Shown: positions 26,055-39,313 of the stretch, one piece after another
How the letters are laid out: every line of letters begins with the position of its first letter
Numbering within the stretch: position 1 is the first letter of the stretch
Origin: Lama guanicoe
Taxonomy: Eukaryota
NCBI GenBank assembly: GCA_013239625.1
Contig: MU053379.1
Location: 4,111,229-4,175,228 of the forward strand
Length of the DNA stretch: 64,000 bases
Reading direction: 5' to 3'
Position numbers and translations under genes: made by a program
The notes under the pieces: model-generated
The model's database searches: none
What the model was told of the DNA's origin: nothing
The model's input: only the letters and a program-made list of their open reading frames with translations

Positions 26055-27356
26055 CTGTCCATCTTCAAGGGTTCTCTGGACTGGGAGGAAGAATCTTTCT
26101 GAATATCAGAGAAAAATCTTTGAAAGAATTGGGGGGGGGTGTGTAGAACCTGGCTGACCACTCCTCTAACCCATTCCTTCCCCATTGTTGATTCCCGTGA
26201 AAACCTGGGGGATGCGCGGTGCCCCGAGGTCCATCGGACCAGATGAGAGCCCTCGGGGTGCATGGCCAGCCCCTCTGGCCGCAGTATTGATGGATGGCAG
26301 AAGAAATGAAGCAGCGGTGACATTTTAAAAGTGAATTTGCGAGCCGCAGATATGAGCATGGCTGGCTCGGCGTGGCAGCGCATAAAATCAATACAAATAA
26401 CCCAGCCTTAATACCTTGATCCGGGCAGGAGGCTGGCTGGGCCGCGTCGACCTGCTCAGAGAGGCGTTAAGCCATCCACAATTAGGAGGCTGCTTTTTGT
26501 TTTTTGTTTGGTTTTTTTTTTTTTGAGTCATTTCTTTCCCCAGAAATAATTTTCCGGGGAAATGTGTTCCAGGGTAAATCATACCTTTGAAACCATCCTC
26601 TCAGCATCACTGATCCCGCCGCTATGTCCCCACAAAAGCGACGTCGCTGTGCCCTTCTCTCCACGTTTGCGAGTTGTCTCCGTTTCTGAATCTGTGAAAA
26701 TACTGTGAAGACGTGCGCTGCCTTCCCCCGGGGGTTCCCGAAGGCCGGGAGTCGGCTCGCAATCACGCACCCCTCTCTCCACTGTGGGAAGGACGTCGTT
26801 TTCTCTTCTTCACGGCATGAGCTTCTCGGGCGCACAACTAAGTTTGTGCAGCCAAGGACACGGCAGGAACCAAGGCCCGGTGTGGGGAAAGGACAGGACT
26901 CCGTCGGCTGCAGCATTAAGTGCATTTTGCGTAACTGCGTTTAAAGACTAAAAAGAACCCTGGGGCCAATTTGCTTTGGAAAAGATATTTTTGAATCCTT
27001 TCTATTTCTGGTTTTACTTCCTCCTGAGATGTTCTGGTGAAATGTGAGAACTCAGAGATGACAGTGTTTAAGACTGTGGAAGGTGAGTGGGTCGAGCACA
27101 TGGAATGAGGCGGTGGCGGGGACACACTTTTTGTCAGAGACAGGTTTTAGCCGCTTCTCTTGTGCGCGTCCTGGTTCGGGTCTATGCGGAGGAAGCAGAG
27201 GGCTCGCTGCGCTTCCCAGCGTGCAGGTGGCCCCTGCCGTCAGGGTGAACACCGAACACCGTCCAAGACCTCTCGCCCTCTAGCTCCTAGTTAGACATCC
27301 GGGTGGCCGGGCAGCGTCACTCGTAATCCAGAGACCTGGCTGACTAACCGGGCGAC

Positions 27357-27366
27357 CTATAAATAG
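27357..27366 (+). promoter_or_regulatory. Overlapping MEF2 site and TATA box
   Basis: CTATAAATAG fits YTA(W)4TAR and contains TATAAATA, in a CpG-rich context. Confidence 0.4.
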
Positions 27367-29347
27367 CGGGGCGCATGCTCTCCCACAAAATGGAGATAAA
27401 AAATGGACACATGGGAACTTATTTCCTCAATTGTGCGATTCAGTGCTTGGAAGGAGGGCCGGTAACGGCCCTTGCAGGCCCGTGTGAGTGGAAGGCTTAG
27501 ACGGGCGCTGCCTCTCCCACGATTAATTGTTTACTTTTATAAAGGGTGGCCCTCTGCCTTTTCATCACGGGGGATGCAGGACATCCCGGCACAGAGGCCC
27601 CTGCCTGTAACCCTGTGTCGCTGAGCTGGGAGGAGCTGGAAGGTGAATGGTCCTCACCCTCCACTCAGCTTGGTCCTCGGGGCCGAGGACATCCCAGCCG
27701 GAATCAAGGCTTCTGCCGCGGCCTCGCAGGCGCCAGACGAGCCAGGCGTGACGGGGCCGTGACTGCAGGTTCCGCAGGTCTAAAGCCCTGGTCCTGAAAT
27801 CCTCTGCCTCCGGAGCCGGAGCGTGTGGGAGCCGGGCCCGGGGGGAGAGTCACGGCCACAGGGCGCTGCGTCGCCTAATGTGTGTACAGAGTCATTCTGT
27901 TTGTTTGTAGGTCCTTAGGAGAAGGGTGTCTGGTGTTGACTTTTTGAGGCTAAAATTGTTTGAATTTTCTATCCCGGCTCTAAGCCACCTTCCAGAGGGC
28001 CCTTTTTTTTTTTTTTTCATGCTGTTCGTACATTCATTACCTCTTTAAACGTCATGAAGTAGTAAACAGTCCAACCCTTCTCTCCCCGTCCACCATTGTC
28101 AAGAAGAATGGGGCAGACGGCCGCGAGCCGCGTCAGCAGCTAGCCAGCCCTGGTCATAAATATTGGAGCTTTGGGACAATTACCCCCCCCCCGCACGTGC
28201 AGCCCTGCAATTCCTCAGTGAAGGCCAAGTCACCTCGGAGCAGAACGCGGGGGCCTGGGCGTGCAGGTCGGAGTGCACTTCCAGGAACACCGCTGACCCA
28301 GGGCCCTGACTTGGGGATTGGTGGGCGGTTAGGAGAGCTGGGAGGGGCCCGGGAAGCTGCGCCCTCTGTGTCTGCGTGAAGGCGCGCGCATCCCCGTGCT
28401 CGCTGCACCTGGACGCGACGCCTCGAGGCCACCCTGCGCTCTTCTTCAGTTCAGGCGACGGTGAAGGGGCTGAAAACACCTTCTCGGGGAAAACCATTTC
28501 CTTCCAGCAGTCCGATTCCTGAAGGAAGGGACCCACGTCCTGTTCCTGTGGCTCAGGAGGGGGTGGGCCAGGAACGGGGACAGGGTGGGTCCGTCTGGCT
28601 CCTCCGCCCGCTGGAGGAGAGTTCGCCTTGCTTCCTGCGGGCCAGCAGGTCAGAGAAGGCTTGGGAGGACCACACTGTCAGCTTCAGTTAACCCAGGGCC
28701 CTGCTGGTGACCTGCTGGCCTCAGAAGCACCCTCTCTTGTGAGGGAGCCCCTGATATGGCAGCTAAAAGGCCAGGCGAGTTTCAGCAGGTCCCCATGCAG
28801 AGACACTCAGGACAGGGTCCTGGTGCCTTTCGGTCCTGGTTTTGTGCGTCACTGTGTCTCCGTGGTGGGCTTCAGTTTGAAGCTGGACTGGCCTGACCTG
28901 CATGCTCTCCTGGCACAGAAGCACATTCAGCCAAGGAGCACCTGCAGTGAGCGGAGCGGGGCCCGCCCGGGCGAGAGGCGTGGGTCCCAGGGCAAGGGGT
29001 GGGAGGCGACCCAGGAAGCATCCAGCAGGGGCTCCAGGAGGAGGGTGGACTCACCGCGTCCTAGGCGCCCTCTTCGTCCTGAGGACGGCCTCCCCTGGGG
29101 ACCCACATGCGTCTGAGGAGGTCAAACCCTGCCCTCTGACCAGGGGCCGCGTGCGGTCAGCCCCCTCAGGCCGCGGCTGGAGCTGACAGAGCTCAGAGCA
29201 GGATCCACTCTACCCACCTGGACAAGAACCTGGGGTTGAGAGGATGAGGTGGAAGTCCCCGTCTTCCTCCATGAGCGAGGGCTGGACCAGGCCTGGGCTG
29301 GGGCCCTCCTCCTGGAATCCCCTGGGCTGATTTCCTGGCTCATCAGG

Positions 29348-29376
29348 CGTCAGGGACCGTCAGGGACCGTCAGGGA
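29348..29376. repeat. 10-bp tandem repeat, about 3 copies
   Basis: cgtcagggac cgtcagggac cgtcaggga. Confidence 0.9.
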
Positions 29377-29726
29377 GCCAATGGGCAGGACAGCAGATGA
29401 CACGGGGCAGGTCCAGGGATGAACAGAAAGATGGGAGGTTCAGGACGGAAGGCAGGCTACAGAAGGCATCCCCTGTGGGTTAGTGGGGTTAAAGCTCCGA
29501 GAAGGAACAGTGTGAACGTGTAAGGGTCCCTGAGCCTCTGTCCCAGGAGTTTCATTGCGTCTCATTAGGGCGTCTCTAGCTGAGAGGCGTCCTCTGACCA
29601 GAGGGCGCTGCCGGCACTCACTGAGTCTGTAAATGGGCAAGTCTCTAAAACCTGCTCAGGGTCACGGAAAGGTCCACCCTCAGCCATTCCCTGTTTCTCG
29701 TAACGACATTAGGCACCAGTGTCACT

Positions 29727-30020
29727 CTTGTAGGCGGGGTCTCTGGGGAGTAGATGCGCAGGGGAGGAAGGAGCATGCGAGGCTCACTGGGGGACCACGG
29801 TGTAAAGGGACCTCTGGGAGGAGCCGGGGCCGCCAGAGCACAGGGCACCTGCGGAGACGCCTCTGCCCACGCGTGGAATCGCACGGGGCGCGGAAGCCCT
29901 GGACCCCGGGAGGGCTCAGAGCCTGGGGTGTGTCTGCAGGCTGCCAGCCAGCCTGGCCCCCGGAGCTGGAAGGAGAGCCCTTCCTGGGAAGTGAACCAGG
30001 CAGGCGCCTCCGGGTCCGCC
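29727..30020 (-). mobile_element. Possible ERVL LTR16-like LTR
   Basis: cttgtaggcggggtctctggggagtagatgc...gcatgcgaggctcactggggga resembles antisense LTR16. Confidence 0.4.
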
Positions 30021-30679
30021 TGGAGGACATCACCTGGCGCCGTCATCACCCCGAGACTCGCAGAGACCGACACCCTGCTGAGGACTCGCTCCGTCACTCC
30101 GCTCTCCTGCCCTGGGTCTGACCTGCCTGGACGGACAGGATGGGAGATTCTCTGAGAACTGGGTCAGGTGCATCCTTGGAGAGAGCCTGCCTCATCCTCT
30201 CATGGGACGGTTAGACACTCCGTTGTGCAGCTTCCCTTTCCGCACCGGCCCCCGGGGGTCTGAGGGCGGTTTTAGCCTGGATTTTGATAAATGGTATCTG
30301 TAACCTCTGATTCTGCATGAGTTTTGAATGTGCATCCACCTGTTTTAGTGCTTATATTTTATGCTTCAGCTCCATGAATGCTTCCTTGGAAGCATAGAGA
30401 TAAGGACACAGACATCACGTGGGAGCAGATACAGACATCTGTTGTCCCGGGGTCACCCGGCTGCCTCTGCTTTTGTCTGAACACATCCTCTGCTCCAGGC
30501 ACCTCTGCCTTCCCTTTGGCTTTCCAGGTGCCACACCCTGTGCGCATCATCCCCATCACTTGACACTGACACTCCGTGAAGTTTAGTCCAACTCCGGAGG
30601 TAACAACACACGAAGGAACCAAACACACAAAGTGTCTCTGTAACGTGGGCTCCACTGCCAAGATGTGGTCCTCGTTTCG

Positions 30680-30815
30680 GCCCCGCCACCTGCGAGCTGG
30701 CCCCCTGGGGAGTCGCTGAATGTGACTCATCCGTGACATCCGTGGGACTGAGAACACCTTCCTCCTAGGGTGGTTCTGAGAATGAAATCAGACGCGTATA
30801 TGAGGCCCTTTGTGC
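30680..30815 (+). mobile_element. MIR SINE fragment
   Basis: gccacctgcgagctgg...gggagtcgctgaa...cttcctcctagggtggttctgagaatgaaat. Confidence 0.55.
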
Positions 30816-33809
30816 CCAACTGCTTTGTTTCCCATCCTTGGGAGCGCCCGCGACTACAGCCCGTTACAGCGGAGAGCACCTGACCGGAGTCCTTGCGGGC
30901 GCCCCTCCGGGTCGGGTGCACAGCTGTGTGCCGCTATTTCCTGCTGGGGGGCTCCTTGAACGATGAGCGGTACTATTTTTCCGGTTTTCTTTTCTGTCCC
31001 TTGGTTCCTGGCAGGGCTAGTGAGAGCACCATAAGTTATCGATCGCATGATGATTAAGCCCTGTACAGGTTGTCATTTCATCAAAAATTCGGCCGAGCGG
31101 GAGGGGTGGCACGTGGCCCTCAGCCCTCACGAGCCTGCCCAGACACATGTCTTGAGGAAACAAGAATAGCAGTTACCAGCGTTGCCTCTCATCCTCTTAA
31201 AGACAAAGCTGAAAGCAGCAGAGCCCAGCCGTGGGGGTCCCCCCTTTGTTATACAGCTCGGTGGTGCACAGTGGGGGCCGCATCGTGGGACCCCGGAGCT
31301 GGGTGGCTGGAGGCATCCCCGTCACCCTTTTTTAACAGAGGTGACAGAGGACAGTGGACTGGTGCCCTGCCCACCAGAGAGAGAGTCACCCGTCTCTTCC
31401 ACAAGCCTGGCGGAGGAGTGAGCACTCCCCGAGAAGACTCACTTCTGCAGAGGAAACACTCAGCCCCTGCTGTCGGCACACAGCTCTGCAAACCTCAGGA
31501 CACTGCATTGGGACGTGTAATGACAACGTATGAACGTCCCCAACCCCTGGCACTTGCCTATCCCCTAAGCCCTGCCTGCAGCCTCCCGGCCCCGCCCTCA
31601 CACCCCCACCACAATCCACGCGTCTGTTCCGAAGACAGACCCCGTGGGATCCCAGGACACATGAGCAGATGCATGGGGATGGGACGAAGAAACGAAAACG
31701 TATAAGCACGTTTCTCTCATCACCTTAAAAATCAAATTTGTAGATGTTTTCTAATGTTCATGACACACTAATACACATGTGTATGGACGCAGCCTACGTC
31801 CTCCATGAACACATGCGCCTCCCCTGGGTCAGGGTGCACACTCTTGTCACCTGTAGGGCCCTTGGCCGAAAACCTTCTGAAGAGCTCCGCGTGGAAGACC
31901 TCGTCCAGACCCAAATTGCCGTCACTCACTCAGCACGCTCACAAGCTGCACCACAGTCACTCGGTGGTTCTCAAATCGGAACTCACCCGAGGGGCGAACC
32001 GCACCGCCACTCTGCAAAGTGGTACATGGCCGGGCTAGTGGTACACGGCCAGCCTGACGGAGTCACAGCAGACTCCAGTCTGACTCTGTGTGCACCCCGG
32101 CTTCCCCCAGCCCTGCGCAGCCTGCACAGATCACACCAGTGGGGATGAGGCCTGGATTTGGCTTTGATTCTGAGAAGGAGCACGTTTTGCCTTTAATCCA
32201 TGACCTCATCTGGGAGTGAAGTCCAGGCTCTGAGCTGCAGCGGCCATGCAGGCAAAGGCCAGGACGCGCCCCGGGGCCCGGCTCAGGTCACGGCAAGTCT
32301 CCGCCTCGCGCTCCCGGGAAGTCCGGGCCCCTGATGTGGCTACATACTCCTGAAATCATCTGTCCCCTTGGGGGCCTCTGTCTCTAGGGGCTCGCTCCAA
32401 GTCAGCTACATTTTTCCAGATCTCATTCCTGGAGTCTCATGTTCCCTTGGTCTGTGTCTACTTTTTAAACCCACTGGTGCAAAGCACTTGACAATGAATT
32501 AGATTTTGGTGGAGATTTGGGCATCTGACTGGGTGGGTGGGGGCAGCCACGGTCCAGTGACACTTCAGCCTCAACTCCTCCCACGTCACCGATTCTCAAG
32601 GTCCCGTCCCTCGTGTGGTGGCTAGTCTTCTGCCACCTCGTTTGTCTCCTTCTCTGTGTGTCGGCCTGGCCGTCTGTGTCCTCCTTGTCTGTTGTATAAA
32701 GAAAGCCAGTAGCTCCCAGCCTGAGCTTGAGCTCACGACCAAACCCGGCAGAACAGAGCCAGTAGCATCTCCATGTAGTCCAATGAGTCTAACAGGTGGT
32801 TGTGGGGTAAATCACGTCCTATTGTGTGCGTGTGCGACCAGGGAGTCACAGCGCCTGACCTGCCCAGAAAGACACCCCGCCCACTGCCCCGAGCCGAGCT
32901 GGCCCGTGCGCGAGCCCCACGTGGGGACAGGCAGCAGCACCAGGAAGGCACCGACATTTGTGAGATCCCTTGTATTTGCTTGTTTAAAACCACCCACGCA
33001 TGCTCTCCTGACCTGGGGTTGGAGCTGGACACGCTCGTGCTGTCACACGGGGCCTTGGAGCTGCAAACATCGCGTCCTGTGCTCCCAGGGCCACGGGAAG
33101 CCCGGTGGCGGCCACGGTGACAGAGTGCCCGCCAGCAGGTGGGACAGGGCGGCCTTGGGGGCTCACCTCTGCCCAGTGGCGCCCTCCCCCTCCACCCTGC
33201 CCCAGCTCCCCCCGACGGGGCTTCCTCAGCTGCCCTCGCCTTTACCGCTGACGCCAGCCTCCTCCTGTGCCCCCGATCCTGCCAGCCCCTCACAGCCCTG
33301 GGGCCACTTCCTCTGCAGACCCAGCGCACGACAGTTCGACACCTTCTCCGGGCGGCCAGCAAGGAGCTACGTCGGGGGTGAGGGGTGCCTCTGGACCACA
33401 CAGGCAGCCTCAGGCTCCTGTGGGCTGCCCGAAGGTGGAGACGCGTGGGGGGTTTTAAATTCCACTTTTGTCTGTCCGTGTTTTCTACAAGAAACGTTTC
33501 TATAGGAACACTTCTTTTCTTGATCCAAAAGAAAGTGAGCCAGCAGGTTACCTTTAAATGAGCCGGCGCTCGGAGGCCGCAAGCGGGCGTTCTGAGGGCG
33601 GAGCCGGAGGCTGCTGCCCTGTCTCTCAGCCTGCGTGTGGTTTAGGGCTGAGCTGGTCATGGGTGTTTGACAATCCAGACATTCTGGCAAGTAGCTGACA
33701 TGCCTGCTTCTCTTGAAAACTCCCGAGAGGTCTGGCGACACGGCCCAGGTACCCAAGCCCCAGTGGCTGGACCTCGGACCGCTGTCTAAGGTCACTAAAT
33801 AAAGGTGTG

Positions 33810-34504
33810 GGTGCAGCCCTGATGGAGAACAGTATGGAGGTTCCTTAAAACACTGAAGATGGACTCACCATGGGATCCAGCAATCCCACCCCTGGCCTAT
33901 ATGTGGAGGAAACTCTAATTAGAAAAGATACGCGCACCCCAATGTTCACAGTGCTATTTACAGCAGCCAAGATGTGGAAGCAACCTGAATGTCCACCGAC
34001 AGGTGAATGGGTAAAGAAGTTGTGGAATATACATACAATGGAATACTACTCAGCCATAAAAAAGAATGAAATAACGCCATTTGCAGCAACATGGATGGAC
34101 CTAGAGATGACCATTCTAAATGAAGTAGGTCAGACAAATACCATATGGTATGACTTATACATGGAATCTAAAAAAAAAATGATTCACATGAACTTATTTA
34201 CAAAACAGAAACAGACTCACAGACATAGAGAACAAACCATCGTTACAAAAGGGGAAAGGACTGAGGGATAAATTAGGAGCGTGGGGTTAACATACACACT
34301 ACTGTGTATAAAATAGGTAAACAACAAAGTCTTACTGTCTAGCACAGGGGACTAGATTCAACAACTTGTAATAACTTATAATGAAAAAGAACCTGAAAAG
34401 GAATATATGTGTGTGTCTGTGTGTGTGTGTGTAACGGAATCACTGTGCTGCACACCTGAAACTAATACAATATTGAAAATCAACTCTACTTCAATTTAAA
34501 AAAA
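33810..34504 (+). mobile_element. 5'-truncated LINE-1 (ORF2 C-terminus plus 3'UTR)
   Basis: ORF 33870-34271 translates to L1 ORF2 C-terminal motifs (KDTRTPMF, WKQPECP, EWVKKLWNIHTMEYYSAIKKNE, FAATWMDLE). The 3'UTR matches the 12566 copy. Imperfect TSD aaataaaggtgtgggtgc / aaaatagatgttgggtgc. Confidence 0.95.
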
Positions 34505-35182
34505 TAGATGTTGGGTGCCGATTTGGTTGTCCGGCTCCTTAGGACAGGGGACCTGTTGCCCGGCAGCCCTGCCCGCAGTGGGAGGTAAGGGAGAGGCAAG
34601 CGGTGGGCCTGGCGGGTACACCTGGTTTCCGTGGGCAGGAGGCCCTTGCAGGGAGCAGTCGTTGGGCCATGGGGAGGTAAGGAGATGCTCAGGGACTTAA
34701 TCAGACCTCCTAGAAGAGGCAGCGTGGCCGGTGGGTGGGCCCGGCCGCTCCAGGAAGAACCCAAGGTCTCAGCGCTCATCACAGGCCGCCAAGCCCCCAG
34801 CCCTCGTCAGGCCCGTGGGGCCCCAGCCTGCACCCAGGGCCTTCCTCAGGAGTAAATGAAACTTAAGCTGCTAACTGAACACAAGCACAGAGGCGTCGCA
34901 GGGAGCCCTTCACCGCGCCAGTCACTGCGGCCCCGGCTTTCTCGTCTGGACAGGTTACCGCGGGGAGGGAGCCCTGTGCACTCGGAGCAAAGGCCGGGAG
35001 AGAAAGAAAGAAAAAACATCACCTCGAAAGACAGAGAAGGAACTGAAATGAAGGGAGACAGTTCCCAATGGGAGGATAAACCCCAAATCAGGCCGAGGTT
35101 CCGTGGTGGACCCCACACGGGCTCTCCTTTCAGTCTGATGTAACCGAACGCTCCACCGCACGGAGCCCGCCTGCACCACACT

Positions 35183-35640
35183 GTCCATCCGTTCATTCAA
35201 CGGTGTGTCCCAAGGACGGGGGATGCAATGTGACTGAGGCCCCGGGTACATGAAGGAGACAGAAGATAAGTGGGTGAACGCTCAGATGCATTAGGTTAGA
35301 GCTGCTGGGAGAGAGCGGAACTCAGCAAGAGGACGGAGGTGCTTTCAGGTCAGCAGGTCAGGAGAGTCTCTCCAAGCAGCAGACCCTGCTGCCGAGACCT
35401 GGACGCAGGAGCATCACAGAATGGTCCAGGGCAGGATGTTCCCACGGGAGGAAGGGCAGGTGCAAAGGCCCTGTGGTGGACCTCCACTTGGCACATCTGA
35501 GGGATAGGGAGGAGGCCAGGGGCTGACCTGCACATGGGGTCCTCTCCATGAAAACCCATGAGTGGGAGGCCCCGGGGTCAGGATGCCAACCCTCACCTGG
35601 AGCCAGGGTGAGGCTTTGCTCTAGACCCAAACACGGCCAA
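35183..35640 (-). mobile_element. L2 LINE fragment
   Basis: ccgttcattcaac...gtgcaaaggccctgtggtgg...cttggcacatctgaggga...ggaggccag. Confidence 0.65.
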
Positions 35641-38319
35641 GTACCTGTTGCTCCTGAAAACCCCATCAACTTTTCCATGGATTTGCTCGACACAGATACA
35701 TGTAAACCCTGAGGCAGGTGCAAATGCACTGACGGGGATACAAAAGGAATTCTGGACTGAGTCCCCACCCAGAGCCAGGCACAGAGCCGCGGGGAGGCGT
35801 GGGCAGCAACTCCGTCTCCAGGAAGCCTGTCAGGTGGGCTCTGCTCCCCCAGCCAGGTGTCCCCCAGCTGCGCTGTCCTCACCCTGGCTCACCCTCGAGC
35901 CCCTCAAGCTCGCGGCTCTGGCTGCTCCCTCTGCCAGAGCCAGCTTGTGGTGCGTGTCCCCGGAGCCCCGCCAGGAGAGGCCCACGTGTCCTGGGCCAGC
36001 CCGGCCAGTGCTCGTGTGACATCCTCCGACTGCAGCAACCTGCAAGACGCAGCCTCCAGAGCTCGGGCTGAGCCACAGGGCGGGCCTGCTTTCCAGGAGT
36101 CAGGTCCTGGGAGAAGAGCTCAGTGGTGATGGACACAGCCCCCGCACCCGTCCCCCAGCCGGGGCAGCGCAGGGGCGCTCCACACACTCTCCCAGGGCAC
36201 CCCCACCAGCAGGATGGAGCCCAGCCACCCGCAGCCATCGCCACTGGTGTAGACAAACCCTCTGCTGGCCGCCGTCCCCATCCCTTCCTGGTCTCACCCC
36301 CTGGCTCCCCCTGGGGCTTCCCAGGACCACTTCCAGAAATGTCTGGTCCTCACGGCCTTGCTTCAGTAGCTGCCTGTGGGGCGCTCCGCCCAGCAGTGTC
36401 TGAAGTGCTGACTGAGGTCACTCTCAGGACTCTCCCTGGAAGGTCCCTCTCCCCGAATCTCTCCTTCATCTCCTGCCCCCCACCCTTCCCACAGCGATGC
36501 AGGTTTGGGTCAGGAGTCTTTTCAACAGCCTCTCTTAACCCTTAAAAGATGCTCGCTGTGGCTCATTAAATTGAAACACTGGATCTCTAGATAACCAGCA
36601 AATGCAAGGCGCGCACCTGCAAATGCCCTGCGTCCCCGAGGCCCCTGCGGGCGCCCCGCCCCGCCCGTCTGCTCTGGCCTCGCCTGCAGATCGAGACTGT
36701 CCCTCCCTGCAGGACACATTGATTAGTACTCTCTGGGGACAGATCTGTTGACAACCTGGCTCTTCTCAGAAAAGCGCAGCAAAAACAGGCTTTTCGAATT
36801 CAGGCTAGCCTTCATTGCTCAATATTAGCTGTTTTTCCTGGAAATGTCTTTTGGGGAGGGATGTTAATTGCCAGTAGGGATCAGTTCCGCAACAACAAGG
36901 ACACGCTGGACAGCAAACTCCAACTTTGAGGGTCAAGCCTCGTGTTTCAGCGTTTGGCGAGGAAATAGCTCCCTTTCCCTCGGGGACCTCTGCGGGCAGA
37001 GTGACGGCCTCAGGTTGACAGAATCCAGGCAAAGAGCGCTAAGTCACCTCTGTACCGTCCAAGGACAGAAGTACTTGAAACAGATCTTCGCTGGTTTGAA
37101 CTTGAAGTTACTTCGCCTGCAGATAAGTCAGACTAATTTCTTGGCCTGAACCCAAAGTAAGCAGACTTGTGCTCGCTGCATTTTAGGGTAGATGTGCCTC
37201 TCACAAATCAGCGTGAGCTCAGTGGTGGCCGAGAGCCGGCAAGCCACTCAGAGACGCGTTAGTCGTTTTCAGAAGCTGTCTCTCCCAGGAGGCCCACCTA
37301 CCGAGCTGGGCAAGCCTGTTCCCCAGGAACTAACCCCCTGTGAGCAGAGAGATCTCTTTCCTGGAAACAAACCAGAACAAGGAAAAATATTCTGCAATGA
37401 AAATCTGAGGTAGAGTTGCTGGGATCTTTGGAAAAAGACACCGTGATCGCCATGTTGCTCAAGAGCATTGGACAGAGGCTCTGCTAAATGCTGGAGGGGG
37501 TCGGACCTGCTGGGCGGGGAAGAGATCCGGAAAGCCACTTGGGAAGTCCTCCTGCTGAGCAGTGACTTTGTGCGGGCTTCCCAGGTGGGCGAAGAGGGGC
37601 GGCCAAGCCAACAGGAGCCTGAGAGTGCCCAGGGCGGCTGGCCGTCCGGAACAGGGCTGCAGGAAAGGAGCCCCAGGGTCTGAGGCAGGTGCATGGCCAC
37701 TCGGGAGTGTCCGTTCCTCGGGTTTCACGCTGCTGCTTCAGACAAATCTCTAAAGCCAGGTTGGGAACTGACACACAGCCCTGCGGGCACACACGTCTAC
37801 ACAGTCACAAAGGTCGGGAAACAGTCGTCCAAAGACAGGAGGGGGAGAAGGTGAAGGCTGGGAGAGGAATATAGGCCACGTCTGCCATTGTGTGAAGCGG
37901 GGACCAGGCACAGGCTGGAGGCAGCAGTAACAGCCCCGGGCAGGTGCGCAGGGAACAGCTGTCTCACACACAAAGAAAGCTCATGTGAAGGCCACTGTGT
38001 TTATTGTACAATTATACGTGCATTTATTGTCTTCTGGGCATCACTGACACGCCCCGCCATTGCCCAGAGAACACTTTATTTTACATAAGGAGGGGCTGGT
38101 TCCTCATTCTGTCCCTGCTGAGCAGAGCATCAGTAAACTCTCCCAGAATTAGGGAGACCGGCAGAGTCACTGGCTAGACTTCTGAAAGGCTTTGCCCTGG
38201 CGCTTTACAGACTATCGGGTAAATGAGGTGAGAGGCTAACGAAGCTTAGGGTATTTCCCAACTCATTCCATGTCTCGTTTTGGTCAATAAACCCCTTAAC
38301 AAAATTCAGGAGGGAAACT

Positions 38320-38472
38320 GTACCTCTTAGGGGGTGATGGAAATGTTAGGTACCTTGATTGTGGTGGTGGCTTCATGGGTGTACACATCTATCAGAATTC
38401 ACCAAATTGTACACCTGAAATATGTCTAGTTTACAGTACTGAAACTATACCACAATAAAGATGTTCAGAAAA
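38320..38472 (+). mobile_element. Old LINE-1 (L1MB/L1ME-like) 3' terminus
   Basis: ggggtgatggaaatgtt...cttgattgtggtggtgg...caaattgtacac...tataccacaataaag. Confidence 0.85.
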
Positions 38473-38689
38473 CATTCAGGCTTGGTGTGGCAGAGGCAGA
38501 GACCGAGCAAGGCAGCGGTGGAGAAGACCTCACATTACCTGGTACCAGACCGACTAAGCCCTCACCTTAAACACAGTCGCAAAGGGATGACCCACCCCAC
38601 CCCATTTTTCACTTAATGAGGAAACTGTATAAGCCTACAAGTATGCCGAGTTTCCTGGAAGTCATATTGCGATTACTTCTATGAAACCA

Positions 38690-39313
38690 CATTTTACTGG
38701 GCTTCGGTGTGGCATCAAAAAAGAACATCCACAATGATCTGAAATGGCCATTAGAACCCCCCTTTCTTCCCAACAACTTCTTCGTCACACACTTTTCTTA
38801 ACACACTTCAACCCAAATAACACAAAACGGCAAACTGAATGTAGAAGATATGAGAACCTATGTGTCTTTATTAAGCTAGACATTAAGGAGATCTCCGAAA
38901 ATGTAAAAAACAAAACAAACAAACAAAAAACTACTCTTCTTAAATGTTTTTGTTTAGGAAAATAAGTCATTTTTTTTTTGGTGGGGGGAGGTATTTAGGT
39001 TTATTCATTGATTTATTCTTAGAGGAGATACTGGGGATTGAACCCAGGACCTCATGCATGCTAAGCATGCACTCTACCACTTAAGCTATATCCTCCCCCC
39101 AGTCATTTTTGTAAAAAAAAAAAAATGTTATTTGTGTTAACATCTAATAGTTTATTATTATTTCAAGATGAATTAATAAATAGTTTTATAGTTTCTGTTT
39201 CAAGCTAAATCTCACCTTCAGGTGTAACCCACATAAATAAAGGCTCTTTGGAGTCTTCAATAATCCTTAAGATGTAAAGTGTCTCTGAGATCAAAAGAGT
39301 TTGAGAACAGCTG
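38690..39313 (+). mobile_element. Charlie1-like hAT transposon 3' part, interrupted by a SINE
   Basis: aagaacatccacaatgatctgaaa, gatatgagaac, attaagctagacattaagg, taacccacataaataaaggctctttgg, and terminal gtttgagaacagctg. Confidence 0.8.
38975..39100 (-). mobile_element. Camelid vic-1-type tRNA-derived SINE
   Basis: Reverse strand ggaggatatagcttaagtggtagagtgcatgcttagcatgcatgaggtcctgggttcaatccccagta has Pol III A/B boxes and an A tail. Exact TSD agtcattttt at 38965-38974 and 39101-39110. Confidence 0.85.

Noticed and set aside
29595..29610. Further CTCF-like words (also near 735, 44341, 57657, 61405)
   Set aside because: Each has mismatches or an indel at conserved core positions, which is common in GC-rich DNA.
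32615..33505. 296-aa ORF with overlapping antisense ORFs
   Set aside because: Non-ATG start, Pro/Ser/Cys-rich, no recognisable domain; expected by chance in GC-rich DNA.
33870..34271. 133-aa ORF with protein-like sequence
   Set aside because: It is the decayed C-terminus of LINE-1 ORF2, not a host gene. The same applies to 45565-45954.
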